A DNA stretch of 37,618 nucleotides from an uncultured Pirellulales bacterium (GCA_964593945.1 CAZQKO010000002.1:1-37618); one strand, 5' to 3'; positions 17,501-26,433 are shown, counted from the first letter of the stretch. Program-made: numbers and translations. Notes: generated from the letters alone by a model not told the origin.

Positions 17501-19147
17501 ATGAGAGGATTAAAAATAGGTATTGTGGTCCTGCTCATGACGTCCTCGATAGCTTGGGCGAAAGTGGGGAATGTCCTGCAGGTGATAAATACGCCTGGAC
17601 CATGTCCGAAAGGACTGGCATTTGACGGTAAGAATCTCTGGGTGGCTGATAGCTTCACCGACATGATTTATGCGATAGATGCCGAAACCGGTAAGGTAAT
17701 TAAGAGCTTCGAGACACCAGGGCATCACCCCGAAGGACTTGCATGGGACGGTGAGTGTCTCTGGCACACTGATTCGGGAGAAAATTTGATCTATCGACTC
17801 GATCCAAACAACGCAGCAGCAATAAAAGTTGTGGAATCAAGTACCGCTAATCCCCGTGATATTGCCTGGGATGGCAAGTTTATATGGATAGTAGATCATA
17901 GAGAAGATGTGTTGATGAGGGTCTCGCCGGTTGACGGAGCATCAGCAAAGTTTTTTCCATGTCCAGCGAAAGAAAGCACAGGAATAACATTCGATGGAAA
18001 ATATCTGTGGGTGGCAGACCGAACTGAAGACAGAATTTATTTGGTCGATCCGAATGATGGATTGTGCCTTTCGTCATTGAGAAGTTATGGGCCGGTTCCT
18101 TATGGGCTGGCGTGGGCAGATGGAGTTCTTTGGAATGTAGATTATGAGAACCGCCAAATTTATATGATAAAAATATTCGATGACGACATTGTCACCAGGT
18201 GGGATGAATGGCAGACGTCATTGCATTTTATTAAGGAGTTCCGTAATTACGGGCCGGGTACAGTAAAAACGCTGGATGTTTTTCTTCCACTGCCGGAGAA
18301 CCGTGACAACCAAACACTACTGGCTCCGATCGAATTTGACACCGAGCCTGTAGAAGTAATCGAAGACAAATGGGGGCAAAATATTGCGCATTTCAGCTAC
18401 AAGGACCTGGAAGGCTATAATCTTGTCCGGTCAGGTTGGAAGGTGAAGGCCAAAATATATGCTACGGAGTACCTTATTTATCCTGAAAGGATAGGGACAC
18501 TTGATGACATCCCAAAGGAAATTAAGGATAAATTTCTTGGTGACGGAGAGAAATACCTTATTCACGATCCCTATATCAAGGAAACAGCCCAGAAAATTGC
18601 CGGTAATGAGAAAAATCCTTATTGGATAGCTCGGCGGATTATGGAATACTTGTGTGAGCACTTGAGTTATAATCTAAAGCCGATAGGTGGGTGGAATCCG
18701 GCTCCGGTAGTTCTAAAGCGAGGGACAGCTTCGTGCTCGGAATATTCATATTGTATGATAGCATTGTGCCGGGCACTTGGGGTGCCTGTTCGGTACGTGG
18801 GAGCGGTGAGCCGGCGTGGCGATGATAGCTGGATAGACAATACGTTTCACAGATGGGTGGAAGTTTATCTGCCGCCGTATGGTTGGATTCCATTCGACGC
18901 CAATAAAGCGGACAAAAATCTTCCGGGCGAAAGGGTTATGGGAGTAGGGAATGTTTCAGCTCGCTATATCATAACTACTGAAAACGGCGGTGGAGATAAA
19001 TATTTGTGGTTCGGATATAACTTCGGCTACAACTGGACAAGCAAAGGTAAGTGTCGCATCCATGAGGAAACTTACGGCTTATGGTCTGCTCTGGGTGAAA
19101 AGAAATACCATAAGAGTGTGGATGCAAACAGGAACAATAGTCGATAA
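17501..19147 (+). CDS. Secreted beta-propeller (glutamine-cyclotransferase-like repeats) + transglutaminase-core protein
   Basis: Has the signal peptide MRGLKIGIVVLLMTSSIAWA. Five repeats are of the form GLAWDG..LW..D....IY..D. The TGase Cys-His-Asp core reads GTASCSEYSY ... HRWVEVYLPPYGWIPFDAN. Confidence 0.75.
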   Translation: MRGLKIGIVVLLMTSSIAWAKVGNVLQVINTPGPCPKGLAFDGKNLWVADSFTDMIYAIDAETGKVIKSFETPGHHPEGLAWDGECLWHTDSGENLIYRLDPNNAAAIKVVESSTANPRDIAWDGKFIWIVDHREDVLMRVSPVDGASAKFFPCPAKESTGITFDGKYLWVADRTEDRIYLVDPNDGLCLSSLRSYGPVPYGLAWADGVLWNVDYENRQIYMIKIFDDDIVTRWDEWQTSLHFIKEFRNYGPGTVKTLDVFLPLPENRDNQTLLAPIEFDTEPVEVIEDKWGQNIAHFSYKDLEGYNLVRSGWKVKAKIYATEYLIYPERIGTLDDIPKEIKDKFLGDGEKYLIHDPYIKETAQKIAGNEKNPYWIARRIMEYLCEHLSYNLKPIGGWNPAPVVLKRGTASCSEYSYCMIALCRALGVPVRYVGAVSRRGDDSWIDNTFHRWVEVYLPPYGWIPFDANKADKNLPGERVMGVGNVSARYIITTENGGGDKYLWFGYNFGYNWTSKGKCRIHEETYGLWSALGEKKYHKSVDANRNNSR

Positions 19148-19168
19148 TAATTAGTGAAGTAAAAAAGA

Positions 19169-19657
19169 ATGGAAGAGTGGGAAATAGAAAAGCCGGTTGG
19201 AACCTGTTACGGAACCGGCAGAAAAATAGAATACAGTGAAGAGTATTACGGCGCTCTTGTGGAAACCGAGCAGGGATTACAACGCCGGGATTTCTGCGCC
19301 GATTACTGGCAGAGCCAGAAGCCGGAGGTGTTCTGCTTCTGGAAAACAAAGCTGCCACAACCAGGCCAGAAAAAAACACAATTTATCGACGATGATATGC
19401 TAATGGCTTTTTTTAACAGGCTGGCAGAAGAGACTGAGCAGGAAAAAGTAAACTTTCGCTTTGTGCTGGCACTAATTCTAATGCGAAAAAGACGCTTGAA
19501 ATATGACTCATCCGAGACCGAGGATGGCAAGGAAATCTGGCGTTTGAGAATAACCGGCGAAAAGGAAATTGTCACGGTGACAAATCCACATCTTGATGAG
19601 GCGCAAATCGAGCAACTGTCCTCACAGATAGGCGAGATTCTACAAACGGATTTATAA
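19169..19657 (+). CDS. Hypothetical cytoplasmic protein (162 aa)
   Basis: The ORF starts 21 nt after the previous stop. Composition looks protein-like (NFRFVLALILMRKRRL helix, acidic C-terminus). I recognise no family. Confidence 0.55.
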   Translation: MEEWEIEKPVGTCYGTGRKIEYSEEYYGALVETEQGLQRRDFCADYWQSQKPEVFCFWKTKLPQPGQKKTQFIDDDMLMAFFNRLAEETEQEKVNFRFVLALILMRKRRLKYDSSETEDGKEIWRLRITGEKEIVTVTNPHLDEAQIEQLSSQIGEILQTDL

Positions 19658-19660
19658 AAA

Positions 19661-20542
19661 GTGCATTACCTTCAATATAGAAATCATCTATTCTTTCTTT
19701 ACTTGGCGGCGACACTAATTCTAACCGGCTGCGCCGAGCAAATTCGACAGCCGACGCGTGTCTGTCCGGGTAAGGAAACTGCAATCGCGGCGCTGGCTGC
19801 TTTAGAGTCACGCTCACAGAAGGTAGCACCATTGAAAGCTAACGGCCAATGCCGTCTGGAGTATTATGCTGACGGCAAATTAAAGAAGGAAAACTTCCCT
19901 GTGAAACTTTGGTTAAATCCGTCAACTGAAATTTATATGCAAGGTGATATAGCCTTTGATCCAAGAGGAATTGTTCTGGGTTCAAATGAAGATGAGTTTT
20001 GGCTCGCGATAAGACTCAAAGAAATTAGCAGCTACTGGTGGGGTGCGTGGGCCGAGGTCGGCTCTGTTGAGGGACTTTTACTCGATCCGAGAGTTGTGCT
20101 TGAAGCCCTTGGAATTATGGCAGTGGCAAGTGACAAGGAAGATGCAAAAAATTGGTCATTGTCAAAGGAAGGGGTCTTTGATGTTTTGACGAGACGCAAC
20201 GACAAGTCAGGGATAATCAAAAATATATATATCTATAACTGCGATTATTCTGTGCGGAAGATCCAGTATTTTAATATTGATGATGAATCTGAGCTCGTTG
20301 TGGAGCTATATAAGTACAAGAAGATTGTTGAGGATTTTTTTGCACCGAGGATTATCAGGATTTCAAGGCACAGTGCAAATATCGAGTACCAGGCAAAGAT
20401 TTCCCTTCGTCTGACTTCTATAAAGCCAACGAGCATAAGTTCCAAGCAGCGAAATATCCTTTTCAATCATCCGGAACCAAAGAGATTTAAGCATCTTTTT
20501 GTAAATGTTGATGGAAAGTGGATTGAACAAAGGCAGGATTAA
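19661..20542 (+). CDS. Putative lipoprotein (LolB/DUF4292-like by general appearance only)
   Basis: The GTG start is 3 nt after the preceding stop. The signal plus lipobox reads LYLAATLILTGC. The rest is beta-rich. Confidence 0.55.
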   Translation: MHYLQYRNHLFFLYLAATLILTGCAEQIRQPTRVCPGKETAIAALAALESRSQKVAPLKANGQCRLEYYADGKLKKENFPVKLWLNPSTEIYMQGDIAFDPRGIVLGSNEDEFWLAIRLKEISSYWWGAWAEVGSVEGLLLDPRVVLEALGIMAVASDKEDAKNWSLSKEGVFDVLTRRNDKSGIIKNIYIYNCDYSVRKIQYFNIDDESELVVELYKYKKIVEDFFAPRIIRISRHSANIEYQAKISLRLTSIKPTSISSKQRNILFNHPEPKRFKHLFVNVDGKWIEQRQD

Positions 20543-20549
20543 AAGCTTG

Positions 20550-20569
20550 TCCTGAGCAAAGCCGAAGGA
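20550..20569. repeat. YCCTGAG-N6-CGAAGGR motif copy (tcctgagcaaagccgaagga)
   Basis: Has the same conserved flanks as 5593-5612 (ccctgagaggcatcgaaggg) and 21670-21689 (ccctgagcgaagtcgaaggg). Confidence 0.6.
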
Positions 20570-20581
20570 ACCAGTTTTTTT

Positions 20582-21493
20582 ATGTCTAAGGTAAATCTGA
20601 GAGAAAGAATCAGGCAGGGTGTATTTTTGTTGGATGGGGCGATGGGAACCGAACTGATCGCTCGCGGGATCGAGGCAGGGGTGTGTAATGACTATCTGAA
20701 TATCGACTCACCAGATGTCATTTTGGATATTCACCGGGCGTATCTGTCAGCGGGCAGCGATGCAGTTCTTACCAATACATTCGGTGCAAATAAATATGCT
20801 TTGGCACGGCATGTTTTAGCCGACAAAGTCGTTGATGTAAATACCGCAGGCGCACAAATAGCTCGGCAGGCAGCAGGTGAAGAAAAATACGTTTTAGGTG
20901 ATATTGGGCCGAGCGGAGATTTTCTCCAGCCATTGGGGAACTTAGAGCCACAGGAATTAAAAGATGCTTTCACCCAGCAGGCAAAGGCACTTTTAGATGG
21001 TGGCGTCGATGGATTTATAATCGAAACAATGGCTGCTCTTGACGAAGTGGAAATTGCAATCGAAGCAGTAAAATCGGTTTGCGGCAATCTACCTATTTTA
21101 GCATCTTTGGCTTTTGACAAAGCCGGGGACGATTTTAAGACAATGATGGGAATTGATGTCGAGTCTGCTGTTTCAAAAATTGTTTCTTTGGATGTCGATG
21201 TGCTCGGATTTAATTGCGGCATGCTAACACTCGATGAATATATAGAACTGGCGGAAAAGCTTGTTTCAGCAGTAAGAGCTTTAGACAGAGATGTTTTGAT
21301 TTTTGCCGAGCCTAACGCAGGAAAGCCGGAACTAATTGATGGTAAGGCTGTTTATAAGGTATCGCCAGAAGAATTTGCAACTGCTGCTGAAAAGATTCAT
21401 TCTGTCGGCGTAAAAATTATTGGCGGCTGCTGCGGCACAGGACCTGCTCATATCGAAGCGATGAGCAGGAAGCTGCGAGTTGGTAACGGCTAA
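20582..21493 (+). CDS. Homocysteine S-methyltransferase domain protein (stand-alone MetH N-terminal-type module)
   Basis: Contains LLDGAMGTEL, TNTFGAN and GGCCGTGPAHI (zinc-binding Cys block). Length is 303 aa. Confidence 0.8.
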   Translation: MSKVNLRERIRQGVFLLDGAMGTELIARGIEAGVCNDYLNIDSPDVILDIHRAYLSAGSDAVLTNTFGANKYALARHVLADKVVDVNTAGAQIARQAAGEEKYVLGDIGPSGDFLQPLGNLEPQELKDAFTQQAKALLDGGVDGFIIETMAALDEVEIAIEAVKSVCGNLPILASLAFDKAGDDFKTMMGIDVESAVSKIVSLDVDVLGFNCGMLTLDEYIELAEKLVSAVRALDRDVLIFAEPNAGKPELIDGKAVYKVSPEEFATAAEKIHSVGVKIIGGCCGTGPAHIEAMSRKLRVGNG

Positions 21494-21669
21494 CGAGGAA
21501 CGAAGGATCTCAAAAGAGAGAGAGGGGGCAAGGGTGGAAATACAAAGCCGTCTACGACCTATTCGACATTGAGCTGCTTTTGTTGTCATGTCGAGCGTAG
21601 TTGGGGCATCTGCCTTGTGCGCGATGTTAATCGTACAAGCTGTCACTGAGGTCACGCCAGTCAGGCCTG

Positions 21670-21689
21670 CCCTGAGCGAAGTCGAAGGG
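21670..21689. repeat. YCCTGAG-N6-CGAAGGR motif copy (ccctgagcgaagtcgaaggg)
   Basis: See 20550-20569. It lies in a 270-nt GC-rich spacer between convergent genes. Confidence 0.6.
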
Positions 21690-21764
21690 GTTGCTCTGAA
21701 CAATCATTTGCAATTTTTTATCCTGCCTCCAGTCCAGCCGAACCGAAAACAATCTCTGCGTTGT

Positions 21765-22421
21765 TCATAGAGCATCCCGTCCATACACGACCGGGGCATA
21801 CGAAAGCCCGCAAAAGAGAGCGACGAAGAGAAGGAAACTGAAGAATAGTATCCAGCGCGACTGCCATCGGGTCACGTAGGATAATAAGATGCCGCCGTAT
21901 GAGCTCAAAAGCACCGACCAGGAGAGCGGCTCAATTTGGTGTCCAACCCTCGCTATCCAAGTGGGGATTATCCCGACTTGATTTGGGTGGAGAAGATACT
22001 GTCCGAAGTGCCAGCCAAGAAAAATCAGTGCTGGGAGCAGGCCGGCTGCGCTTAAGACAGCAATCCGCTTCTTGGAAACAGACTCTGGAGCGAGCAGGAC
22101 ACGTGCACCGAGTAGAATGACTGTGATTGGGCATGCAACGAAGGAGAAGTAGAATGCCGCTATTGCCCAGTGACGAATGGGGAAGTTAGTGATAGGGACT
22201 TCCTTTTCCGTGAGGAGGTGTAATATCGAAACAGCGAAATCGAAACCAGAATGCTTTACTGAAACGAAGTAGACACCGCCTATTCCTGAGAAGCTCCGGA
22301 TGTCCGAATACCACGGACAGAAAAACACAACGATAACCAGAATAATAAAGACAAACGTGAGCGGCCTGCGCCGGTGCGGCCGACGTAAAAAAACTCTGAT
22401 TAGCGCTTGTTTATTCTTCAT
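21765..22421 (-). CDS. Multi-pass membrane protein, unknown function
   Basis: This 218-aa protein has several hydrophobic segments, including FVFIILVIVVFF, AIAAFYFSFVACPITVILL, LLPALIFLGW and ILFFSFLLFVALFCGL. I recognise no motif. Confidence 0.5.
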   Translation of the reverse strand: MKNKQALIRVFLRRPHRRRPLTFVFIILVIVVFFCPWYSDIRSFSGIGGVYFVSVKHSGFDFAVSILHLLTEKEVPITNFPIRHWAIAAFYFSFVACPITVILLGARVLLAPESVSKKRIAVLSAAGLLPALIFLGWHFGQYLLHPNQVGIIPTWIARVGHQIEPLSWSVLLSSYGGILLSYVTRWQSRWILFFSFLLFVALFCGLSYAPVVYGRDAL

Positions 22422-22635
22422 TTGCCATTAAGCCGCTTCATAGTGCTGGTTAAGGCCTAACTATGTATTTTATATGGTTCCTATAAGATACCAGTGGATG
22501 TTAATGTCTGCTTTTTCAAGTATTATTGTGGCGATTGTCGGGATAAACAAGGGGAATTTTCGATTTTCTTAAACTTAGATTAAAACCGATTTTTACAAGT
22601 ATTGGATTCCCGTCTCCACGGGAATGACAAAGACC

Positions 22636-23979
22636 TCAACCATCGAGGAATTTTGAGATTTGCTCGATGGTTTTTGTAGTTGCGCCTTGGTTTTTTCTGA
22701 TTGTCTCTCGGCCGTTTAAGGCGATTTTATTGGCGTAGTCTGGTTCAGTAAGACATCTCTGCATGGTTGCAAGTAAATCATCCTTATCTTTAACCATAAT
22801 AGCACCGTTATCTTTAATAAGTGCATCAACAGTCTGTTTGAAATTAAATGCGTGAGGGCCAAAGATAGTGCATTTGCCGAGAGCCGCTGCCTCCATCATG
22901 TCAGAACCGCCCATCGGAACTAAAGACCTGCCAACGAAGATTACCGTTGCCAGCGAATAAAATTTTCGAAGGTCGCCCATCGTATCACCGAGAATTACCG
23001 TATCAATTTGCGATTTGCGATTTGCGATTTGCGATTTTTCACCAGCAACTGGTGCCAGTGTTTTTAGTTTGCTATATCGGATTACGTTAAAACCGGATTG
23101 TTCTATGAGCTGCGCAACTTCATCGAATCTTTCCGGTTTACGCGGCACAATAGCCAAACACAGATTACTAAATCGACCTGCTTGTCTTAGATTATGAAAA
23201 ACTTCCAGTAGTATTTTTTCTTCATCATTTCCGGTGGCACCTGCTACCCACAAACGATTTGCGACTTGTGATTTTCGATTTGCGATTTTTCCAAACAGTT
23301 GCTCTGCGAGAGCATCGGCACCGTCAACGTTATCGGTGATTTGGGCTGTGTCATATTTTAGGGAGCCGGTGACAATTACTCTTTCGTTCGGGCAGCCGAT
23401 CTGTTTGAAACGCTGAGCGTATTCATCCGTTTGAGCGAGAATAAGACTGACCTTGCTGAAGATTTTCGAAGCAACCGGCTTTATTATTTTGTATCTTGAA
23501 AGGCTTTTGTCACTTATTCTGCCGTTGACGACAATAACAGGGACGTTTATTTTATGGGCTATATTAACAAAGTTGGGCCAAACCTCTAATTCCATCAACA
23601 AACACAGTGACGGATTGATTCTGCGAAAGGCACGTCGTATTATCCAGGAAAAATCGAGAGGAAAATAAAATACCTTAAAATTCTCACCGAAAATATTGCT
23701 TGCACGGGCAAAGCCGGTATCGGTGGTAGTGCTGATTACAATCTCATAATTACCAAATTTCTTTTGCATCTCATCGATAATAGTTTTTGCAGCATTTATC
23801 TCGCCTACACTTACCGCGTGCAGCCAGATACATCTTTTCTCTGGATTATTGCGTGTAATTTTGCCGAATCGCTGGGCCCAGCCTGTACGATAGCGTTTAT
23901 GCCTGATGGTCCGATAGATAACCATAGGGCTGTATGCCGTCGCAGCAAACAAGTATATAAAGTCCATCAGAACTCTCAT
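22636..23979 (-). CDS. waaA: 3-deoxy-D-manno-octulosonic acid (Kdo) transferase
   Basis: Contains WLHAVSVGE, AIVPRKPERF, LGDTMGDLRKFY and GGSDMMEAAALGKCTIFGPH. Two loop insertions are encoded by heptamer repeats. Confidence 0.85.
   Translation of the reverse strand: MRVLMDFIYLFAATAYSPMVIYRTIRHKRYRTGWAQRFGKITRNNPEKRCIWLHAVSVGEINAAKTIIDEMQKKFGNYEIVISTTTDTGFARASNIFGENFKVFYFPLDFSWIIRRAFRRINPSLCLLMELEVWPNFVNIAHKINVPVIVVNGRISDKSLSRYKIIKPVASKIFSKVSLILAQTDEYAQRFKQIGCPNERVIVTGSLKYDTAQITDNVDGADALAEQLFGKIANRKSQVANRLWVAGATGNDEEKILLEVFHNLRQAGRFSNLCLAIVPRKPERFDEVAQLIEQSGFNVIRYSKLKTLAPVAGEKSQIANRKSQIDTVILGDTMGDLRKFYSLATVIFVGRSLVPMGGSDMMEAAALGKCTIFGPHAFNFKQTVDALIKDNGAIMVKDKDDLLATMQRCLTEPDYANKIALNGRETIRKNQGATTKTIEQISKFLDG
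23006..23037. repeat. Perfect heptanucleotide repeat (ATTTGCG)x4 + ATTT, inside waaA
   Basis: Read directly from the sequence. On the coding strand it is (AAATCGC)4, which encodes KSQIANRKSQI. Confidence 0.9.
23255..23290. repeat. Degenerate copy of the same heptamer tract, inside waaA
   Basis: The units are atttgcg acttgtg attttcg atttgcg atttt. The coding strand encodes KIANRKSQVANR. Confidence 0.8.
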
Positions 23980-24137
23980 TGATCTTTTCTTTCAAAAATA
24001 CAATGGCACAATGATAGTTCCTGAACGTGCTATAGTCAAATGTTACACTGCGAAGTTCTCTTAAATGGAGAATATAGAAGTGTATTGGCGAAAGCTGCCA
24101 AATGTTTAGCTTCGTGTTTTATACACGCCGTTTGCCG

Positions 24138-25817
24138 TTAGCGAATGCCAGCCAGCCAGTACTGTGAAAAAACGGAAAAGTCCAGAAAATTAATAATACC
24201 ATCCGTATTCAGGATGGGAGCTACATCGGCCTTTTCGTTCCATTTGGGAGACTGAGAATCAGCGAGCCAGGCCTCGGCAAAGGCTGAAAGGTCTAAGTAA
24301 TCGACTTTATCGTCGCCACCCTTGGGGGCGATATCAGCAACAAGAGCGGTCACAGGTTCAAAATAGAGAGCAGGATCCTCATCAAGGAACATACCGCCGC
24401 CGCGCAGCACTAAATTAAAATCGACAAAGAGATTCATGCCGATTACGCCATCAAGGGTGCCTCCTTCAGGAGAAAAGACATCAAGTAAAATCACAGGGAC
24501 ATTTGTGTAGCTGAGCCACTCACCGATTGCCGGTATCTGGATTGAATCGATGTAAAAGCCGGGCACAAAGACGACTTCACCGGTGACGTCTTCTATCTCA
24601 ACCTCAAATTCCAGCTCTTTTGGATTTAACTTAAGGCGGGCTGCGATGCGAGAGCCGATAACTGTTACCTGAGCGCCGGTATCGAGCATGAACCGGTCCT
24701 TGTCGATAGCACTGTTTTCACCCTCAACAAGGTCCACACTGTGAATGAAAATGAGGCTCTGGGATAAGTTCCCAATAATCACGGATGGACTCATCGGCGG
24801 AAATTCAAAGAAGCTTGTAAGGGTAGGAAAATATTGAACACTCACAGCTCCGCCCGGCCGCAATTCAAGCGGCACAATGTTGGAATATGACGGAATACAT
24901 GGGTCTTCATGCTCATAAAGACGGATGTCCGGGGCGGTGAATTCTTCGCCGCCACGACTGACAGTTACCTCCTGGTCATTGTTGATGACAGTTGTGTAAA
25001 ATACACTTAAGGGTGTACCAACAGCGGTTGTAAGATCGGGTCCGCTGCCGGGGTCTTGACCAACAACTATTGACACGTTACTCTCTCCAAGCATTCTGGA
25101 TGTATCCAGCAGTAACCCATTGGGGTCCAAGGAACCGAGTCCATCGACAAAAATAGCGAGCGGTTGGCTTATCCATGCATCAACCGATCCAATTACGCCT
25201 GCGATCATGCTCGTATTTGAGGTAATGAGATTCGGGAATCCATTGAAAAGTCCTACCTGAACAGCGGCTGCATAACTCATCACATTGGCGCTTGCGCCTG
25301 TATCGAGGATGCCGATGGCATAATCGGTCTTGGGACTAATTCCGAGCGGATAACGGCCCACGATGGATGTCTCCGGAACAGCATCCAGCTCAAGATCGTC
25401 GAGCCGTTTGTTGGTCACGGAAATGATTATCCATGGAACGAAGCCATCAATAGGCGGCGAGTCAATGGCGTAAGCAAGCACGGGGGCAACCATGCCGAAG
25501 TTTTCAACCTGAGCCGAATCGTCTTGGGAAAGTGCTGATTTAAATACCGGCTGTCTCAGTCCTAGGCACTCCTCACGGAGGACGATTTTCTTTTGAAGAG
25601 GGGCACCACGGCTGGTTTGACTATCTTTGAGAGGCACAGGTTTTTCCTTTGGATAGTGTATCGCTTTTGAGTTTTTGCCTCCTGTAATACGCCAGTTTAC
25701 TTCATATCGTTGCCATTCTGGTTGGTTAGCTGAAACTGCAGGAATCCACCATAAAAAGGCAGCCAGCAGCACGATGAGCCACACACGAGTTAGAGTATGC
25801 ACGGTTGCTCCTTTCAT
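24138..25817 (-). CDS. Secreted protein with two retropepsin-like aspartic-protease domains and a C-terminal dockerin-like module
   Basis: Has a signal peptide ending AVSA. The two DTG motifs are GILDTGASANVM (D172) and FMLDTGAQVTVIG (D379). The C-terminal part, GDDKVDYLDLSAFAEAW ... NTDGIINFLDFSVFSQYW, resembles paired dockerin Ca-binding repeats. Confidence 0.65.
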   Translation of the reverse strand: MKGATVHTLTRVWLIVLLAAFLWWIPAVSANQPEWQRYEVNWRITGGKNSKAIHYPKEKPVPLKDSQTSRGAPLQKKIVLREECLGLRQPVFKSALSQDDSAQVENFGMVAPVLAYAIDSPPIDGFVPWIIISVTNKRLDDLELDAVPETSIVGRYPLGISPKTDYAIGILDTGASANVMSYAAAVQVGLFNGFPNLITSNTSMIAGVIGSVDAWISQPLAIFVDGLGSLDPNGLLLDTSRMLGESNVSIVVGQDPGSGPDLTTAVGTPLSVFYTTVINNDQEVTVSRGGEEFTAPDIRLYEHEDPCIPSYSNIVPLELRPGGAVSVQYFPTLTSFFEFPPMSPSVIIGNLSQSLIFIHSVDLVEGENSAIDKDRFMLDTGAQVTVIGSRIAARLKLNPKELEFEVEIEDVTGEVVFVPGFYIDSIQIPAIGEWLSYTNVPVILLDVFSPEGGTLDGVIGMNLFVDFNLVLRGGGMFLDEDPALYFEPVTALVADIAPKGGDDKVDYLDLSAFAEAWLADSQSPKWNEKADVAPILNTDGIINFLDFSVFSQYWLAGIR

Positions 25818-25923
25818 CTCTCCTACGGTAATAAGTATATATTCATTGTAGCAGATACGAACGAGATATTTATGTAAAAAACAGAAAAAAGGCGAATCTT
25901 ACCTCCGCCCTCTGCGAGAACAC

Positions 25924-25952
25924 TTGACTTGTTCAGCGTTTTAGCATAATAA
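25924..25952 (+). promoter_or_regulatory. Sigma70-like promoter for tRNA-Arg (TTGACT-17 nt-TAATAA)
   Basis: Hexamers were read directly. The -10 element ends 15 nt before the tRNA 5' end. Confidence 0.45.
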
Positions 25953-25967
25953 AAGATATTCATTTTC

Positions 25968-26041
25968 GTCCCCGTAGCTCAATAGGATAGAGCGTTGGCC
26001 TCCGAAGCCAGAGGTTGTGCGTTCGAATCGCACCGGGGATA
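25968..26041 (+). tRNA. tRNA-Arg (anticodon CCG)
   Basis: Hand-folded as a 74-nt cloverleaf. Acceptor stem is GTCCCCG/CGGGGAT (G1-U72 wobble) and the D arm is GCTC-AATAGGATA-GAGC. The anticodon stem is TTGGC/GCCAG with loop CTCCGAA. The T arm is GTGCG-TTCGAAT-CGCAC. The discriminator is A, and CCA is not encoded. Confidence 0.9.
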
Positions 26042-26237
26042 ATCATTGAGCCCTTATTGGTTAGTAATTCACGCTTATACCTCACCTTTTTGCCTTAGAG
26101 GGGGGTATGTATCATCGAAAATGCAATACCTTCTGTCGGCTTTCTTTGCTGCATATAAAAATTTTTTAGAAATGTCCCATAAAAAATCATCTTTGCTGCC
26201 TCTATATTATAAAGTGCCTTGTTACATGGCTTTTACG

Positions 26238-26266
26238 TTGAATTGAAGCTCTTTATTTGTTATCAT
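26238..26266 (+). promoter_or_regulatory. Sigma70-like promoter (TTGAAT-17 nt-TATCAT) ahead of the 45-aa ORF
   Basis: Hexamers were read directly. The -10 element ends 29 nt before ATG 26296. Confidence 0.4.
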
Positions 26267-26295
26267 AAGATAGCAATTCAAAAAGGGGTGATGAC

Positions 26296-26433
26296 ATGAG
26301 AATTCTTCGATTTATGTGGAAATGGTGGTGCCAAACCTGGCATTGCTGCGAAAATAACTCATCCGTGATCGATTCCCACAAGTGGGAAAGCAAAATCGAG
26401 ACTTTTCGGCATTTATCAGACAAACGCTATTAA
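26296..26433 (+). CDS. Small Trp/Cys-rich hypothetical peptide (45 aa), below the ORF-track cutoff
   Basis: Reads MRILRFMWKWWCQTWHCCENNSSVIDSHKWESKIETFRHLSDKRY*. The strong SD AAAGGGGTGA lies 6 nt before the ATG, and a candidate promoter sits upstream. Confidence 0.35.
   Translation: MRILRFMWKWWCQTWHCCENNSSVIDSHKWESKIETFRHLSDKRY

Noticed and set aside
17107-17664. 185-aa minus-strand ORF
   Set aside because: It runs antisense across the ComEA-like gene and the start of the transglutaminase gene, both of which have clear motifs. Its composition is that of an antisense shadow frame.
20731-21222. 163-aa minus-strand ORF
   Set aside because: It is entirely antisense to the homocysteine S-methyltransferase gene. 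The Ala/Ser/Pro-rich shadow frame is typical of GC-rich third positions.
21588-21770. 60-aa ORF ..PALSEVEGVALN..
   Set aside because: It is a translation of the dispersed CCTGAG-N6-CGAAGG repeat and neighbouring repeats.
24060-24110. Imperfect inverted repeat cgaaagct..agcttcg downstream of the protease gene as a terminator
   Set aside because: The stem is interrupted and no U-tract follows on the relevant strand.
26296-26433. Trp-rich peptide as a trp-type attenuation leader
   Set aside because: No co-oriented downstream biosynthetic or transport gene exists (the next gene is the convergent htrA). No alternative terminator/antiterminator pairing is evident.
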